Shown: positions 9,704-19,831, counted from the first letter of the stretch. The stretch: DNA of 64,000 bases from an uncultured Ruficoccus sp. (GCA_965140785.1 OZ223497.1:64001-128000), one strand, 5' to 3'. Notes: generated from the sequence alone by a model not told the origin. Numbers and translations are program-made.

Positions 9704-10081
9704 ATGGACATAGACAAGGAACTGAAACGCATCGCACAAGAGAAGAAGAATCTGCAAAAGCAGAGACAACAACTGCTTGAGCAGAAGAGAACGCGGAAGG
9801 CTGCTCTCTCCAAGCTTAGCACGCTCGTTAAACAGAGCGGTTTTGAAACGCCGAAGGCACTTATGGAGGCCTTGATTGAAATGTACGGCATTGAACTGAA
9901 CCGAGGGCGTAGTGCGGCCCCTGCCAAACAACGCAAACATACCAAAATGACGGCTGAGTTGCGCGACCAGATTCGGGCGATGCTGAATGACCGGTCCATG
10001 AACCAGGTTTCGAAGGAATTACAGATCAGCTATGCTGTCATCGCGAAGGTGTCCAACGGCGCTTACGACAAGCTCCAGTGA
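9704..10081 (+). CDS. Small basic coiled-coil + HTH protein (module gene C)
   Basis: N-terminal heptad-like helix, basic linker AKQRKHTK, HTH-like SMNQVSKELQISYAVIAKV. Confidence 0.75.
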   Translation: MDIDKELKRIAQEKKNLQKQRQQLLEQKRTRKAALSKLSTLVKQSGFETPKALMEALIEMYGIELNRGRSAAPAKQRKHTKMTAELRDQIRAMLNDRSMNQVSKELQISYAVIAKVSNGAYDKLQ

Positions 10082-10140
10082 TGGACACTTGATTGGTGAA
10101 ACTTGGGGGGCGGGGTAGGGGTGTGCCATTATTGCACGGT

Positions 10141-10232
10141 CCGGGTGTTGGAGTCCTCCAGTGTCGATCCCTCGTGTCCGGAACAGTTCCGTGTTAGAGT
10201 TCTCCTGTGTCGCACCCGCGTGTCCGAAATCG
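10141..10232 (+). repeat. Two tandem degenerate 46-bp repeats
   Basis: 10145-10183 versus 10191-10229 match at 32 of 39 positions by hand alignment; three GTGT cores per unit. Confidence 0.75.
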
Positions 10233-10505
10233 GGCTGTTTGCGCTATTTTAGCCTAAACCATCTCTTATGAAACATGACATGTGTCATCTGTGAGTTATA
10301 GCGTCGGGTTCTATAACTCATGGCAGAGAGCTTCCAGTCGGTTAACTACCTGAAATTTACCTATCGGTCAGAGGATATTGTCCCTTCCGAGAAGCTTTTC
10401 TCCTGCTGGTTGGTGCTTGTTTGGAGCAGGCCGCGCTCAGAACTCATATCTGCGCCGCTTAGTCGTAGCCATTGCTTATGAAGCAATTCGAGGAAGCGGC
10501 ATTGT

Positions 10506-11267
10506 TCAGGCCCGATAGCGCTGAGTCATTTCCTGATAGGGGAAATGCTTGCCGGGGCAGAGGGTGTGGCGAGGCCCATCGACCCATTTGTGGACGGTAA
10601 AGGTGTAGTCGGAAGCAACGCAGTTTTTCTGTAAGTAATCCACTAACTGGATAAAGGACGCATGCTGGCGTTCGGTGGGCGGATGGTTTTCGAAGTTGCC
10701 CACCAGGCAGATGCCAATTCCGACATCGTTGACGTGGGAGTCGCGGACGTGACCACCCCGCAATTGCTTGTACCAGCGCGGGCCGATTTCGATCTCGCCG
10801 TCGCCGGAGTCGATGCCGTTGCCGATGACGAAATGATAAGCCAGTCCGTTTTCCATCCCCCGTCGCTCATGCGCGGCACCGTAGATAGCGGCGTTACCCT
10901 GTTCGATCGCGCTGTGGTGCCCCACAATGTATTGCCAGCGGGAGCGGTTCACCGAGAGCTTTTGTGTTGCCGCGATGACCGGGGCCATCGCATCGGTCTG
11001 TTTGTTGGCATCACCCGGGATGACGAGCGACTGTCCGGCCAGAATCCGGTCCCCGCTCAGGCTATTGGCTCGCTGGATGTCGCGTACACGGACCCCAAAA
11101 CGCTGGGCGATCCCACTCAAGGTGTCGCCGCGCTGGACGCGGTACGTTCGCTGGGACGAGCTTGCCCCCAGCAGGCTGGCGGGAATGATCAGCGCCGCTC
11201 CGACTCCGAGTGCCCACTTCAGAAAATGGCGACGCGAGGAAATAGGCGTTGGAGAAGGTAATCTCAT
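10506..11267 (-). CDS. Tat-exported LysM + N-acetylmuramoyl-L-alanine amidase
   Basis: SRRHFLK twin-arginine signal; YRVQRGDTLSGIAQRFG LysM; HHSA, AYHFVIGNG, IGICLVGNF, TLCPG. Confidence 0.9.
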   Translation of the reverse strand: MRLPSPTPISSRRHFLKWALGVGAALIIPASLLGASSSQRTYRVQRGDTLSGIAQRFGVRVRDIQRANSLSGDRILAGQSLVIPGDANKQTDAMAPVIAATQKLSVNRSRWQYIVGHHSAIEQGNAAIYGAAHERRGMENGLAYHFVIGNGIDSGDGEIEIGPRWYKQLRGGHVRDSHVNDVGIGICLVGNFENHPPTERQHASFIQLVDYLQKNCVASDYTFTVHKWVDGPRHTLCPGKHFPYQEMTQRYRA

Positions 11268-11364
11268 GCGGAGGCCGAATTAGGTGCAATACGGATGCCT
11301 ATTATCTTTTTAATGTCAAGCAGGCGGCCACCAATCCTGCTGGGAGGAGAGGTGTCCCTACGAA

Positions 11365-11394
11365 ACAGGCCGGGGAAATCGGGCCCCGGCCTGT
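11365..11394 (-). terminator. GC-rich hairpin downstream of metE
   Basis: acaggccgggg-N8-ccccggcctgt perfect 11-bp stem; short T run on the minus strand. Confidence 0.55.
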
Positions 11395-11422
11395 ACGAAT
11401 ATATCTGTTGGCTGGCGGTTTT

Positions 11423-13735
11423 TTACCGGGCAGCTTCTGCCGGGGCGAACTGTTCGCGCAGGGCGTGGGCGGCCTCAACCATATGGGTGAGGGAGGGGAT
11501 AACCTCGGTCCATTGGCGGGTTTTCAGGCCGCAGTCGGGGTTGACCCAGAGACGCTCGACGGGGATGCGCTCGGCCGCCTTTTGCATCAGCTTTACCATG
11601 TGCTCGACGGTGGGAATGTTGGGCGAGTGGATGTCGTACACGCCGGGCCCGATCTCGTTCGGGTACTTGAAGTGGTCGAAGGCATCGAGCAGCTCCATGT
11701 CGGAGCGCGAAGTCTCGATCGTGATGACGTCGGCGTCCATCGCGGCGATAGAAGCGATGATGTCGTTGAACTCCGAGTAGCACATGTGGGTGTGAAGCTG
11801 CGTCTCGTCGGCTACGCCATTGCCGGTGATGCGGAACGCCTCGACCGCCCAGTCCAGGTACTTCTGCCACTGGGATCGGCGCAACGGCAGGCCCTCGCGC
11901 AGGGCGGCTTCGTCGATCTGGATGACGCGTATGCCCGCCTTCTCCAGATCGAGGACCTCCTCACGAATGGCCAGGGCGAGCTGGCGGCACGAGACCGAGC
12001 GCGGCTGGTCGTCGCGGACGAAGGACCAGTTCAGGATCGTGACCGGGCCGGTCAGCATACCCTTCATCGGTTTGTCGGTCAGCGATTGCGCGTAAGTAAT
12101 CCACTCGACGGTCATGGGCTTGGGGCGGCTGATGTCACCGAAGAGAATGGGAGGCTTTACGCAACGCGAGCCGTAGGACTGGACCCAGCCAAACTCACTA
12201 AAAGCGTAGCCCTCCAGTTGCTCTCCGAAGTACTCCACCATGTCGTTGCGTTCCGGTTCGCCGTGAACCAGCACGTCCAGCCCTAGCCGTTCCTGCTGCC
12301 AGACGCACTGGGCAATCTCCTTGCGCATGGTCTCCCGATAGGAGGCGGCGTCGAGCTTACCGTTTTTAAAAGCGCTGCGCGTCTGGCGGATTTCTTTGGT
12401 CTGCGGAAAGGAGCCGATGGTCGTGGTCGGGAAGAGCGGCAGCTTCAGCCGCGGGCGCTGCTTTTCAGCACGCTGCGGGTAGGGGCTCTGGCGCTCGCCC
12501 AGGCGGGCGTCGATTTTTCTGAGAGCAGCCTGCACGGCGGGATTGTGGACGCGGGGAGATTGACGACGGGAGGCGATGGCGGCGGCGTTGGCGTTGAGTT
12601 CCGCATGGACGGCGGCGCGGCCTTCGTTGAGCGCAACGGACAGGACAAGCAACTCGTCCAGCTTCTGCCTGGCGAAGGCGAGCCAGGATTTGATCTCAGG
12701 ATCGAGCTTTACCTCGCTTTCCAGATCGACGGGCACGTGCAGCAGCGAGCACGAGGGCGCGAGCCAGAGGCGGTTGCCCAAGCGGCGTGACAGCGGCTCC
12801 AGCCAGTCGAGGGCGGCGTTGAGATCAGTTTTCCAGATGTTGCGCCCGTTGATCACGCCGAGCGAAACAACGCGGTTGGCGGGAAGCTTTTCGATCAGCA
12901 CTTCGACTTCGTCGCGGGCGTTGATGGCGTCCAGGTGAACGCCCTGAACGGGCAGCTTTGCCACCAACGGCAGGTTCTCTTTCAGTTGCCCGAAGTAGGT
13001 TGCCAGGAGCAGCTTGACGGACCCTGTATTCAATGTCTGATACGCGGTTTGGAGCGCATTCTGCCAGTTTGCGTCCAGTTCGGTCACGAGCGCGGACTCG
13101 TCGATCTGCACCCACTCGACGCCCTGGGCGGCCAGTTCTTTTAGCAACTGACGGTAAACGAGCAGCAGCGAGGGCAGCAGGGAGAGCTTGTTTGTCTCGT
13201 CCTTGGATTTGCCGAGAATGAGGTAGGTGACTGGGCCGATGATGACAGGCTTGGCCGGGACGCCCTGGGCGCGGGCCTCGGCGAGTTGCTCCAGCAGGCG
13301 GGAGGCGTCGAGTTTGAAGGCCGTCTGTGCGTCGAATTCAGGCACGATGAAGTGGTAGTTCGTGTCAAACCACTTGGTCATCTCCCCGGCGGCCACACCA
13401 CCGCAGCCGCAGGACTCGGACTCCGCGCTTTGTGACGAGCGGCCACGGGCCACCCGGAAGTAGTTGTCCAGCGGATCGCCCTTGAAATCCCGCACGCGAT
13501 CGGGCAGGTTGCCGAGCGTGACGCTCATGTCGAGCATCTGGTCGTAAAAAGAGAAGTCGCCCACCGGGACGAAGTCGAGCCCGGTCTGGTCCTGCCAGTG
13601 CAGTTGGCGCAGGTGTGAGCCCGCCGCCTTGAGCTCGTCCCGGGGGGCTTGCCCCTTCCAGTAGGATTCGAGGGCGAATTTCAGTTCGCGCTTCGCGCCG
13701 ATACGCGGGAAGCCGAGATTGTGTGTGATGGCCAT
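11423..13735 (-). CDS. metE: Cobalamin-independent methionine synthase
   Basis: [59 protein letters not shown]. Confidence 0.98.
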   Translation of the reverse strand: MAITHNLGFPRIGAKRELKFALESYWKGQAPRDELKAAGSHLRQLHWQDQTGLDFVPVGDFSFYDQMLDMSVTLGNLPDRVRDFKGDPLDNYFRVARGRSSQSAESESCGCGGVAAGEMTKWFDTNYHFIVPEFDAQTAFKLDASRLLEQLAEARAQGVPAKPVIIGPVTYLILGKSKDETNKLSLLPSLLLVYRQLLKELAAQGVEWVQIDESALVTELDANWQNALQTAYQTLNTGSVKLLLATYFGQLKENLPLVAKLPVQGVHLDAINARDEVEVLIEKLPANRVVSLGVINGRNIWKTDLNAALDWLEPLSRRLGNRLWLAPSCSLLHVPVDLESEVKLDPEIKSWLAFARQKLDELLVLSVALNEGRAAVHAELNANAAAIASRRQSPRVHNPAVQAALRKIDARLGERQSPYPQRAEKQRPRLKLPLFPTTTIGSFPQTKEIRQTRSAFKNGKLDAASYRETMRKEIAQCVWQQERLGLDVLVHGEPERNDMVEYFGEQLEGYAFSEFGWVQSYGSRCVKPPILFGDISRPKPMTVEWITYAQSLTDKPMKGMLTGPVTILNWSFVRDDQPRSVSCRQLALAIREEVLDLEKAGIRVIQIDEAALREGLPLRRSQWQKYLDWAVEAFRITGNGVADETQLHTHMCYSEFNDIIASIAAMDADVITIETSRSDMELLDAFDHFKYPNEIGPGVYDIHSPNIPTVEHMVKLMQKAAERIPVERLWVNPDCGLKTRQWTEVIPSLTHMVEAAHALREQFAPAEAAR

Positions 13736-13819
13736 TGGTTCGTTATACTTTCGGGTTATGGTGTGCCCCGATAATACCAGCTTGAGTCCATGAAGTAAAA
13801 TGGTATGTTTTCACGTATC

Positions 13820-13836
13820 CATGAGATTTGCTCATG
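13820..13836. promoter_or_regulatory. Probable MetR box
   Basis: catgag-atttg-ctcatg palindrome resembling TGAA-N5-TTCA, between divergent metE and metR. Confidence 0.7.
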
Positions 13837-13849
13837 GGTAAATCCCGCC

Positions 13850-14761
13850 ATGATCGAACGCATCCATCTGGAAATCCTGCGCGCCGTCGAGGAACACGGC
13901 TCCCTCACCGCCGCTTCAAAAAAACTCCACCTGACGCAGTCCGCGCTCAGCCACAGCATGCGGAAACTGGAGGAGCAGCTGGGCGTCCAGGTCTGGCTGC
14001 GCGAGGGCCGCACACTGCGCCCAACGCAGGCGGGCGAGTACCTGCTGGCTATGGCGAACCGCCTCGTGCCACAGTTGGAGCACGCCGAGCAGCGCCTGCG
14101 GCAGTTCGCACAAGGAGAGCGCGGTACACTGCGCATCGGGATGGAGTGCCACCCCTGCTACCAGTGGCTGCTCAAGGTCGCCTCGCCCTTTCTCGCAGCC
14201 TGGCCCGGCGTCGATATGGACGTGATCCAGAAGTTCAAGTTTGGGGGTATCGGCGCGCTCTTCGGCTATGAGATCGACATACTCGTCACCCCCGACCCGC
14301 TCTATAAAACCGGGCTCACCTTTGAGCCGGTTTTTGATTATGAGCAGGTGCTCGTCGTCGGCGACGATCATCCGCTGTGTCGTGCTCGCTACGCCAAGCC
14401 CGAGCAACTCTCCGGCGAGGTTCTTATCACTTATCCAGTGCCCGCCGACCGGCTGGACGTTTTCACGCGCTTCCTTACGCCCGCCGGGATCAGCCCGCGC
14501 CAGCACAAGCTGATTGAAACGACCGACATCATGCTCCAGATGGTGGCCAGTGGACGGGGTGTTGCCGCCCTCCCTCGCTGGCTGGTCGAGGAGTACCGCT
14601 CGCGCTTCCCGGTTCACCCGGTGCGCTTGGGTAAAGGCGGCGTGCAAAAGCAAATCTTTCTCGGTATTCGCGAGGCCGACGCCGATATCGACTATATCCG
14701 GGCATTTCTGGAGATGGCTCGCAGCCATGCCAAAGACGCCTTCAAGCGTACTCGCAAGTAA
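13850..14761 (+). CDS. metR: LysR-family regulator MetR
   Basis: LHLTQSALSH HTH, LRIGMECHPCYQWL, LITYPV..RLD; divergent from metE. Confidence 0.93.
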   Translation: MIERIHLEILRAVEEHGSLTAASKKLHLTQSALSHSMRKLEEQLGVQVWLREGRTLRPTQAGEYLLAMANRLVPQLEHAEQRLRQFAQGERGTLRIGMECHPCYQWLLKVASPFLAAWPGVDMDVIQKFKFGGIGALFGYEIDILVTPDPLYKTGLTFEPVFDYEQVLVVGDDHPLCRARYAKPEQLSGEVLITYPVPADRLDVFTRFLTPAGISPRQHKLIETTDIMLQMVASGRGVAALPRWLVEEYRSRFPVHPVRLGKGGVQKQIFLGIREADADIDYIRAFLEMARSHAKDAFKRTRK

Positions 14762-14789
14762 CCACCTCGCACTGTTCCCGTTATTGCGG

Positions 14790-15080
14790 TTACAATGTGT
14801 CTTCGTTGTTATCGTGATTTCCCGGATCGCGTTCTGCCGCGTCACTGGCTTCCTTGGCCAATACTCGCAGGCACTGCTGGCACAGGCAGTCCGGGTACAG
14901 CTCTTTGACCCAGGGGGGGAGCCCGTGAGGCATGAGCACCTGCGAGCACTGGCATTGGGTGATGTTACCCGACTTGCACTCGAAGGTGCGACCGCAGCGT
15001 GGACAGCGCTTGATCTCGTACTTATGAAGCGCAGCCCGTACGTGATCCCAGTCGGGCTGATGTCGGGCCTCGGTGTCCAT
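14790..15080 (-). CDS. Cysteine-rich CWC-family small protein
   Basis: KRCPRCGRTFEC..CQC...DCLCQQCL pattern. Confidence 0.75.
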   Translation of the reverse strand: MDTEARHQPDWDHVRAALHKYEIKRCPRCGRTFECKSGNITQCQCSQVLMPHGLPPWVKELYPDCLCQQCLRVLAKEASDAAERDPGNHDNNEDTL

Positions 15081-15411
15081 GGTTACCTGCGCATGTGATG
15101 CATTAATCGCATAAGCTGGAGTTGTTTGGTATAAAAAAATACTAATATTGGATTTTATATATCTATTGCGGGTTGACCTGGCGGCACTAGCGGAGATTAA
15201 TAATTCTTTATTGGCATAATTGTGCCATTAGGTCAACTAAGCAAAGTGCATCGCACCAGTCATTAGTAGATGCGGGCAAGTTGATGACGCGTACTGCTCA
15301 TATTGGAACGATCAGCACGCGTTGACGGCTACTGCCGGTTTCGAACAGCGGGTGCTCGCTAGAGGACCGGTGCGGTGCGTCCACCGAACATTATTATCTT
15401 TTAAAACTCCC

Positions 15412-16359
15412 ATGAAAACAAAACCTAGAAAAACACTGGCAAGCCTTGCCCTGGCTGCCATCGCCATATTCACGACATTGTCCCTGCGCGCAGGGTTTGA
15501 AAGCCTGCCTGCGACCAGTGGCTACGCGCAGCTACAGAACGCGGGCGTCGGCATGAACTTCTCCACGGTCGGCTCGCCTGGTAACAGCGCGAACCCGAAC
15601 TCGTTTCAAAGCAAGTTTGGCGATGTCAGCTACAGCTACAGCATGGGCCAGACCGAGGTAACCTGGGGGCAGTTTGCCGTTTTCCTGAATGCGACTGGCT
15701 ACGATGCCTACATGTTTCAGAGTAGCCAGCTGGATAACCTCGGGTTGGTGAAAAACACAGACGGGACCATCACGGTCAAGGATGGATGCACCAATAAGGC
15801 GATGAGCGTTGTCCGCTATGCCGAGGCTCTGGCGTTCGCCAACTGGCTCAGTACAGGTAAGGTCGATACTGAGGGGGCCTTTCGCCTGCCGACTGCGGAC
15901 GAGTGGTACAAGGCTGCCTACTATGATGCGAACCGTTATGGTGAGGGCCAGGGCGGCTACTGGCTTTATGGAACCGGCAAGGATGTTCTTTCGCCCGACG
16001 ATGCGACTTACGGTTTTACCAGTGGCATCCTGTCTCCAGATAGCTCACAGTGGCCGGAAGCCACCGATGGCGCGCAAAATACCTACGGGCTCTATGGGAT
16101 GACCGGAACGGTAGAAGAGTGGACTTCGACGGAGCACAGCTCCAATCGCTACTATGCGCTGGGCGGCTCCTGGGGGCAGTCAGGTGATTATCTGGATAAT
16201 TCACGCGTGAACAACCTGCGGAACACCACTGCCAACACCAAACTGGGCTTCCGTGTGAGCACTGACATCCTCGTTCCTGAGCCGGGAACTTACGCGTTGA
16301 TTCTCGGGGCGCTGATGCTGCCCTTCGTGATTCGTCGTTTTCGCCATAAGCGTAACTAA
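15412..16359 (+). CDS. FGE-sulfatase (SUMF1-like) domain protein with PEP-CTERM anchor
   Basis: Signal peptide; MGQTEVT, FRLPTADEWYKAAY, YGLYGMTGTVEEW, GGSW, LGFRV; VPEP-TM-basic tail. Confidence 0.88.
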   Translation: MKTKPRKTLASLALAAIAIFTTLSLRAGFESLPATSGYAQLQNAGVGMNFSTVGSPGNSANPNSFQSKFGDVSYSYSMGQTEVTWGQFAVFLNATGYDAYMFQSSQLDNLGLVKNTDGTITVKDGCTNKAMSVVRYAEALAFANWLSTGKVDTEGAFRLPTADEWYKAAYYDANRYGEGQGGYWLYGTGKDVLSPDDATYGFTSGILSPDSSQWPEATDGAQNTYGLYGMTGTVEEWTSTEHSSNRYYALGGSWGQSGDYLDNSRVNNLRNTTANTKLGFRVSTDILVPEPGTYALILGALMLPFVIRRFRHKRN

Positions 16360-16376
16360 GTGCGATAAACCCTGGT

Positions 16377-16409
16377 TGCTTCCGGCAGGCTTGTTCTGCC
16401 GGGAGCGAT
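16377..16409 (+). terminator. Hairpin after the PEP-CTERM gene
   Basis: ttgcttccggcag / ctgccgggagcga stem; weak U-tail. Confidence 0.45.
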
Positions 16410-16457
16410 TACGGGGCCGCAGGTACGAATTTTCTGGGCTTTATGCGACTTTGGAAT

Positions 16458-16628
16458 CGTGGTGCTACGCCGACCAAACAGCGTAGACGCACCAAGATGA
16501 CGGCTGAGTTGTGCGACCAGACTCGGGCGATGCTGAATGACTAGTCCATTAACCAGGTTTCGAAGGAGTTACAGATCAGCTACGCCGTCATCGCCAAGGT
16601 GTCCAACGGGGCCTACGACAAGCTTTAG
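16458..16628 (+). pseudogene. 3' remnant of module gene C
   Basis: RGATPTKQRRRTKMTAELCDQTRAMLND-stop-SINQVSKELQISYAVIAKVSNGAYDKL matches about 9908-10075, with an internal TAG. Confidence 0.9.
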
Positions 16629-16669
16629 TCGGCTGCGGTGTATGTACCATTAATTTTTAGGGAGAAGAT

Positions 16670-17788
16670 TTGAAACAACAAGCTTACCTATTACTGAGCA
16701 TGATGGCTGGCTGGATGAACCGTCATCAGCAGCAAGTCATTGAGTATTTGGTCGAGGAGAACCGTATTCTCCGTGAGCAACTCGACATTCACGCCAAGGG
16801 CAAACGCATTCGCTTCAACGCGAACCAACGCAGGCGCTTGGCTGAGAAAGGCCGTTGTCTGGGGCGCAAGATGTTGATGAAGATAGCGACGCTCGTGACA
16901 CCAGAGACGATCTACCGCTGGCATCGCCAGTTCGTCGCAATGGCTTATGGTCCGAAGGGCCGGGATCATTCCGTTGTCCATGCTCGGCGGGCCGAGCGCA
17001 ATGCGCTCATCATCAAGCTGGCGGTTGAGAATTCAGGTTGGGGATACACGCGCATCCAAGGGGTGATGCAGAATCTCGGTTATCCGAAACTGAGTACCTC
17101 GACCATCGGGGAGGTGCTGCGCGAGGCAGGTATTCGCCCGTCGCCGGAGCGTAGCAGCCGTCTGGACTGGAAGACGTTTATACGTGTTCACGCCGATCAA
17201 CTGGCTGCCACTGACTTCTTCATGGTGCCGGTATGGACGTCGCGCGGCCTGGCCATGTATCGGGTGCATTTCGTGATCGACCTGCTGACACGTAAGGTGG
17301 AGATCACGCACATTGGTTGCCAATACTCCGGAGAGTTGATGCTCCAAATTGCCCGGAACCTGACGGATGCGTTCGAGGGATTCCTGACCGGCAAGAAATA
17401 CATGCTGCACGACCGCGACCCTCTCTTTACAAATGCGTTCCGTGAGTTGTTGCGTAGTAGTGGCACTATTCCTTTCAGGCTGCCTGTGTGCATGCCGATG
17501 ATGAACGGTTACGCCGAGTGCTTCGTTAAGTCGATCAAGCGTGAGTGCCTGGACAAGATAATTTTCTTCAGCGAGGCAGCCTTACGGAAAGCCATCAGCG
17601 AATACGTGCTGCATTATCACCACGAAAGACCGCATCAGGGCCGCGATAACCAAATCATCGAGCCGGACGTAGAAACCTTTCGCAATCAAGGCCCGATCCG
17701 AAAAATCGCACACCTCGGAGGGCTTCTGAATCACTACTATCGCGATCCATTACCGAAAATTGACGAAGGGGAGGGTAGGGCCGCATGA
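16670..17788 (+). mobile_element. Integrase-core (rve, DDE) transposase
   Basis: TPETIYRWHR, WGYTRIQG, AATDFF, LHDRD, NGYAECFVKSIKRECLD, YHHERPHQG, LGGLLNHYYR. Confidence 0.9.
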
Positions 17789-18080
17789 GCTTCCCCGACA
17801 GTTACTTTTCTTCAAAAAATGCCCGAGTCCGATGCCCGGGTGACTCCTTTCCCATCGACTCATATGCCCTGAATTGGCAAAATCATGGGCATATGATTTC
17901 GCCCTCCAACCTGCAAACGAAAGGACTTCTGGCACGCGCAAGTGACTGAGTGATGCGCGTCAATGCGACTGCGTGCAACGCTACTGATTTAATTGCGCCT
18001 TAACTCGAAAATGAATGAAGTTGCTGTATGTTGGCAATCAGCGACTTAGGTGATGGTGTCCGCGTCCCGCCACCTCCAGT

Positions 18081-18626
18081 GCAGAGGTTATTGCCTTGTC
18101 AACGGATGTGTCTGATGAAAAAGCAGTTGAAAGCTCTATCTCAGCTATCATATCTCAATGGGGTGCGATTGACCTTCTTGTCAATAATGCTGGAGTTGGC
18201 TTCGCGACCGATCTGTCTACTTGCTCGCTGGATGACTATCGCGCGATTTTTGAGACGAATGTGACCGGGGCTTTTCTCTGCACAAGGGCTGTTTTGCCTG
18301 GGATGAAAGAGCGTAAGTCGGGTCACATTATCAATGTTTCCTCGGTGGTTGGGAAAGTGACAAACCCCAATGCCCCTTTGTACTGCGCTAGCAAGCACGC
18401 CTTGAATGGCTTCAGTAATGGACTGGCCCAACAGGTAGCTACAGATGGGATTCGCGTTTCTATCGTTTCTCCCTCTGGGGTGGATACAGCCTACTGGGAT
18501 GGTCGTCAGGTTGACCGCAGTAAACTGCTGAAGGCGGAAGACGTGGCCCGGGCTATTCTGTTTGTCGCAGCACAGCCCGAAGGGGTGCTGATCAAGGACA
18601 TTGATTTAACGGCTTTCAGAAGTTGA
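18081..18626 (+). pseudogene. 5'-truncated SDR oxidoreductase
   Basis: LVNNAG and YCASK present, but the Rossmann GxxxGxG is missing; in-frame TGA at 18051 upstream. Confidence 0.85.
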
Positions 18627-18656
18627 GGTTTTATCTACTGACAACTTCAGCAACCG

Positions 18657-18694
18657 AAAAAAGCCCCGAGATGTTAAGTCTCGGGGCTTTCTTT
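18657..18694. terminator. Bidirectional intrinsic terminator
   Basis: aaagccccgaga-tgttaag-tctcggggcttt flanked by A and T runs, between convergent genes. Confidence 0.88.
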
Positions 18695-18720
18695 GTGTAA
18701 CGTTGGAGATGTGCAGGAAG

Positions 18721-19650
18721 CTAGTTTGCTTTGGCGGCCTTGATTAGGAAGTGAACCATATATTTTTCCTGGCCGGGTTCGTCTGTATGGCCTGGGTATT
18801 GCAAGTAGCAGGTGGCGTTTTTGTTCTCTGCTACTTCTTTGAACCCAACCCCAAACGCCGCTGAGTGCGTGGCATCGAAATCTCCTGTTTTCGGCGCTTT
18901 TGTGGGGACTCTGTAGTTTAGGTAAACAGGAGGATCCTCTGGGTCGATCAACTCAGCTGGCGAAATATTGGGGTAATACTGTTCATACTTGCTCCGGTTC
19001 TCCAGAAACGAAGCAAAATTTGGTTCCCCGAAGGCATGCCCGCCGTAGTGTAGTTGGTCACCAACCCAGTCGTGCATCTGTTTGGGATCTAGTGATGTTT
19101 GGGCGCTGTAGCAGCCGATGGCGTGTACGCGCGTACTCATCTGCTCGACGGGATCGGCGGCCTCGGGATTTGCCATGTCGGGGGAGAGTCCTAACCAAAG
19201 TGCGCTAAAAGCTCCGGCCGAACCTCCTAAAAGTACCGCATTGTCCGGTAATAGATTCCAATCTGCCGCATGGTAACGAATGTATTGTAGAGCATAGCGG
19301 GCGTCATTGAGGGGCATTAGGACGGGAGGGAATACGCCTGCTTTTTCGGCTTGGGGAATAAAGCGGTAGTTGATGGATATGAAAGCTACCTGATTCTTGA
19401 GAAAATTCTGGAGCAGGTTTGCGTTTATCTTACCGGCTTTGTCGCCATTCATCCACGAGCCACCGTGAATGTACATGACAAAGGGAAATGGGCCATTCCC
19501 ATCGGGGAGGTAGATGTCCATTTTCTGGTTTGTGTCGGTGCCATAGGGGACATCGGCAAAGGTGGGGGAGCGCGTGCCGCTCTCGGTTGCAAAAAGCGTA
19601 GCCGTAAACAGGCAGTACGCCAGGATTTGGGTAGGGATATGCATTCTCAT
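18721..19650 (-). CDS. Secreted alpha/beta-hydrolase (carbohydrate esterase-like)
   Basis: Signal peptide; IHGGSW, SINYR, GGSAG nucleophile elbow. Confidence 0.85.
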   Translation of the reverse strand: MRMHIPTQILAYCLFTATLFATESGTRSPTFADVPYGTDTNQKMDIYLPDGNGPFPFVMYIHGGSWMNGDKAGKINANLLQNFLKNQVAFISINYRFIPQAEKAGVFPPVLMPLNDARYALQYIRYHAADWNLLPDNAVLLGGSAGAFSALWLGLSPDMANPEAADPVEQMSTRVHAIGCYSAQTSLDPKQMHDWVGDQLHYGGHAFGEPNFASFLENRSKYEQYYPNISPAELIDPEDPPVYLNYRVPTKAPKTGDFDATHSAAFGVGFKEVAENKNATCYLQYPGHTDEPGQEKYMVHFLIKAAKAN

Positions 19651-19831
19651 TGTCTTGGTCTTTTTGTTGTGAAATTGGGTGTTTCTGGATGGGGAATTTA
19701 GTTTTTTTTCAGTAGAAGAATAGACAAAAACTAAAAAACAGGATTCGACTTTTAGATTATATGTGAAACGTGAATCTATAAGACGATGTATACTAATGAA
19801 TTAAATAATTAAATCCATTTTGGTGTGTGCA

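Noticed and set aside
10141..10232. CRISPR array
   Set aside because: Only two adjacent degenerate units, no spacers, and no cas genes anywhere in the window.
13736..13849. SAM or cobalamin riboswitch upstream of metE
   Set aside because: The gap is only 114 bp, holds a MetR-type box and shows no riboswitch consensus.
15212..15226. Sigma-54 promoter (tggcataattgtgc)
   Set aside because: GG to GC spacing is one base short of the -24/-12 requirement on both strands.
15245..15380. Lysine riboswitch or SRP RNA
   Set aside because: Only a superficial AGTA-containing stem; the lysine core and the SRP domain IV motif are absent. Kept as an unclassified structured leader.
15412..16359. FGE-sulfatase/C-type-lectin-fold protein as a diversity-generating retroelement target
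   Set aside because: No reverse transcriptase and no adenine-variant template copy of the GGSW...GFR region seen in the window.
16638..17940. Terminal inverted repeats for the rve transposase element
   Set aside because: Best candidates (tgtatgtaccattaat and the reverse complement of acttctggcacgcgca) match only about 9 of 16 with no target duplication, so the ends were not called.
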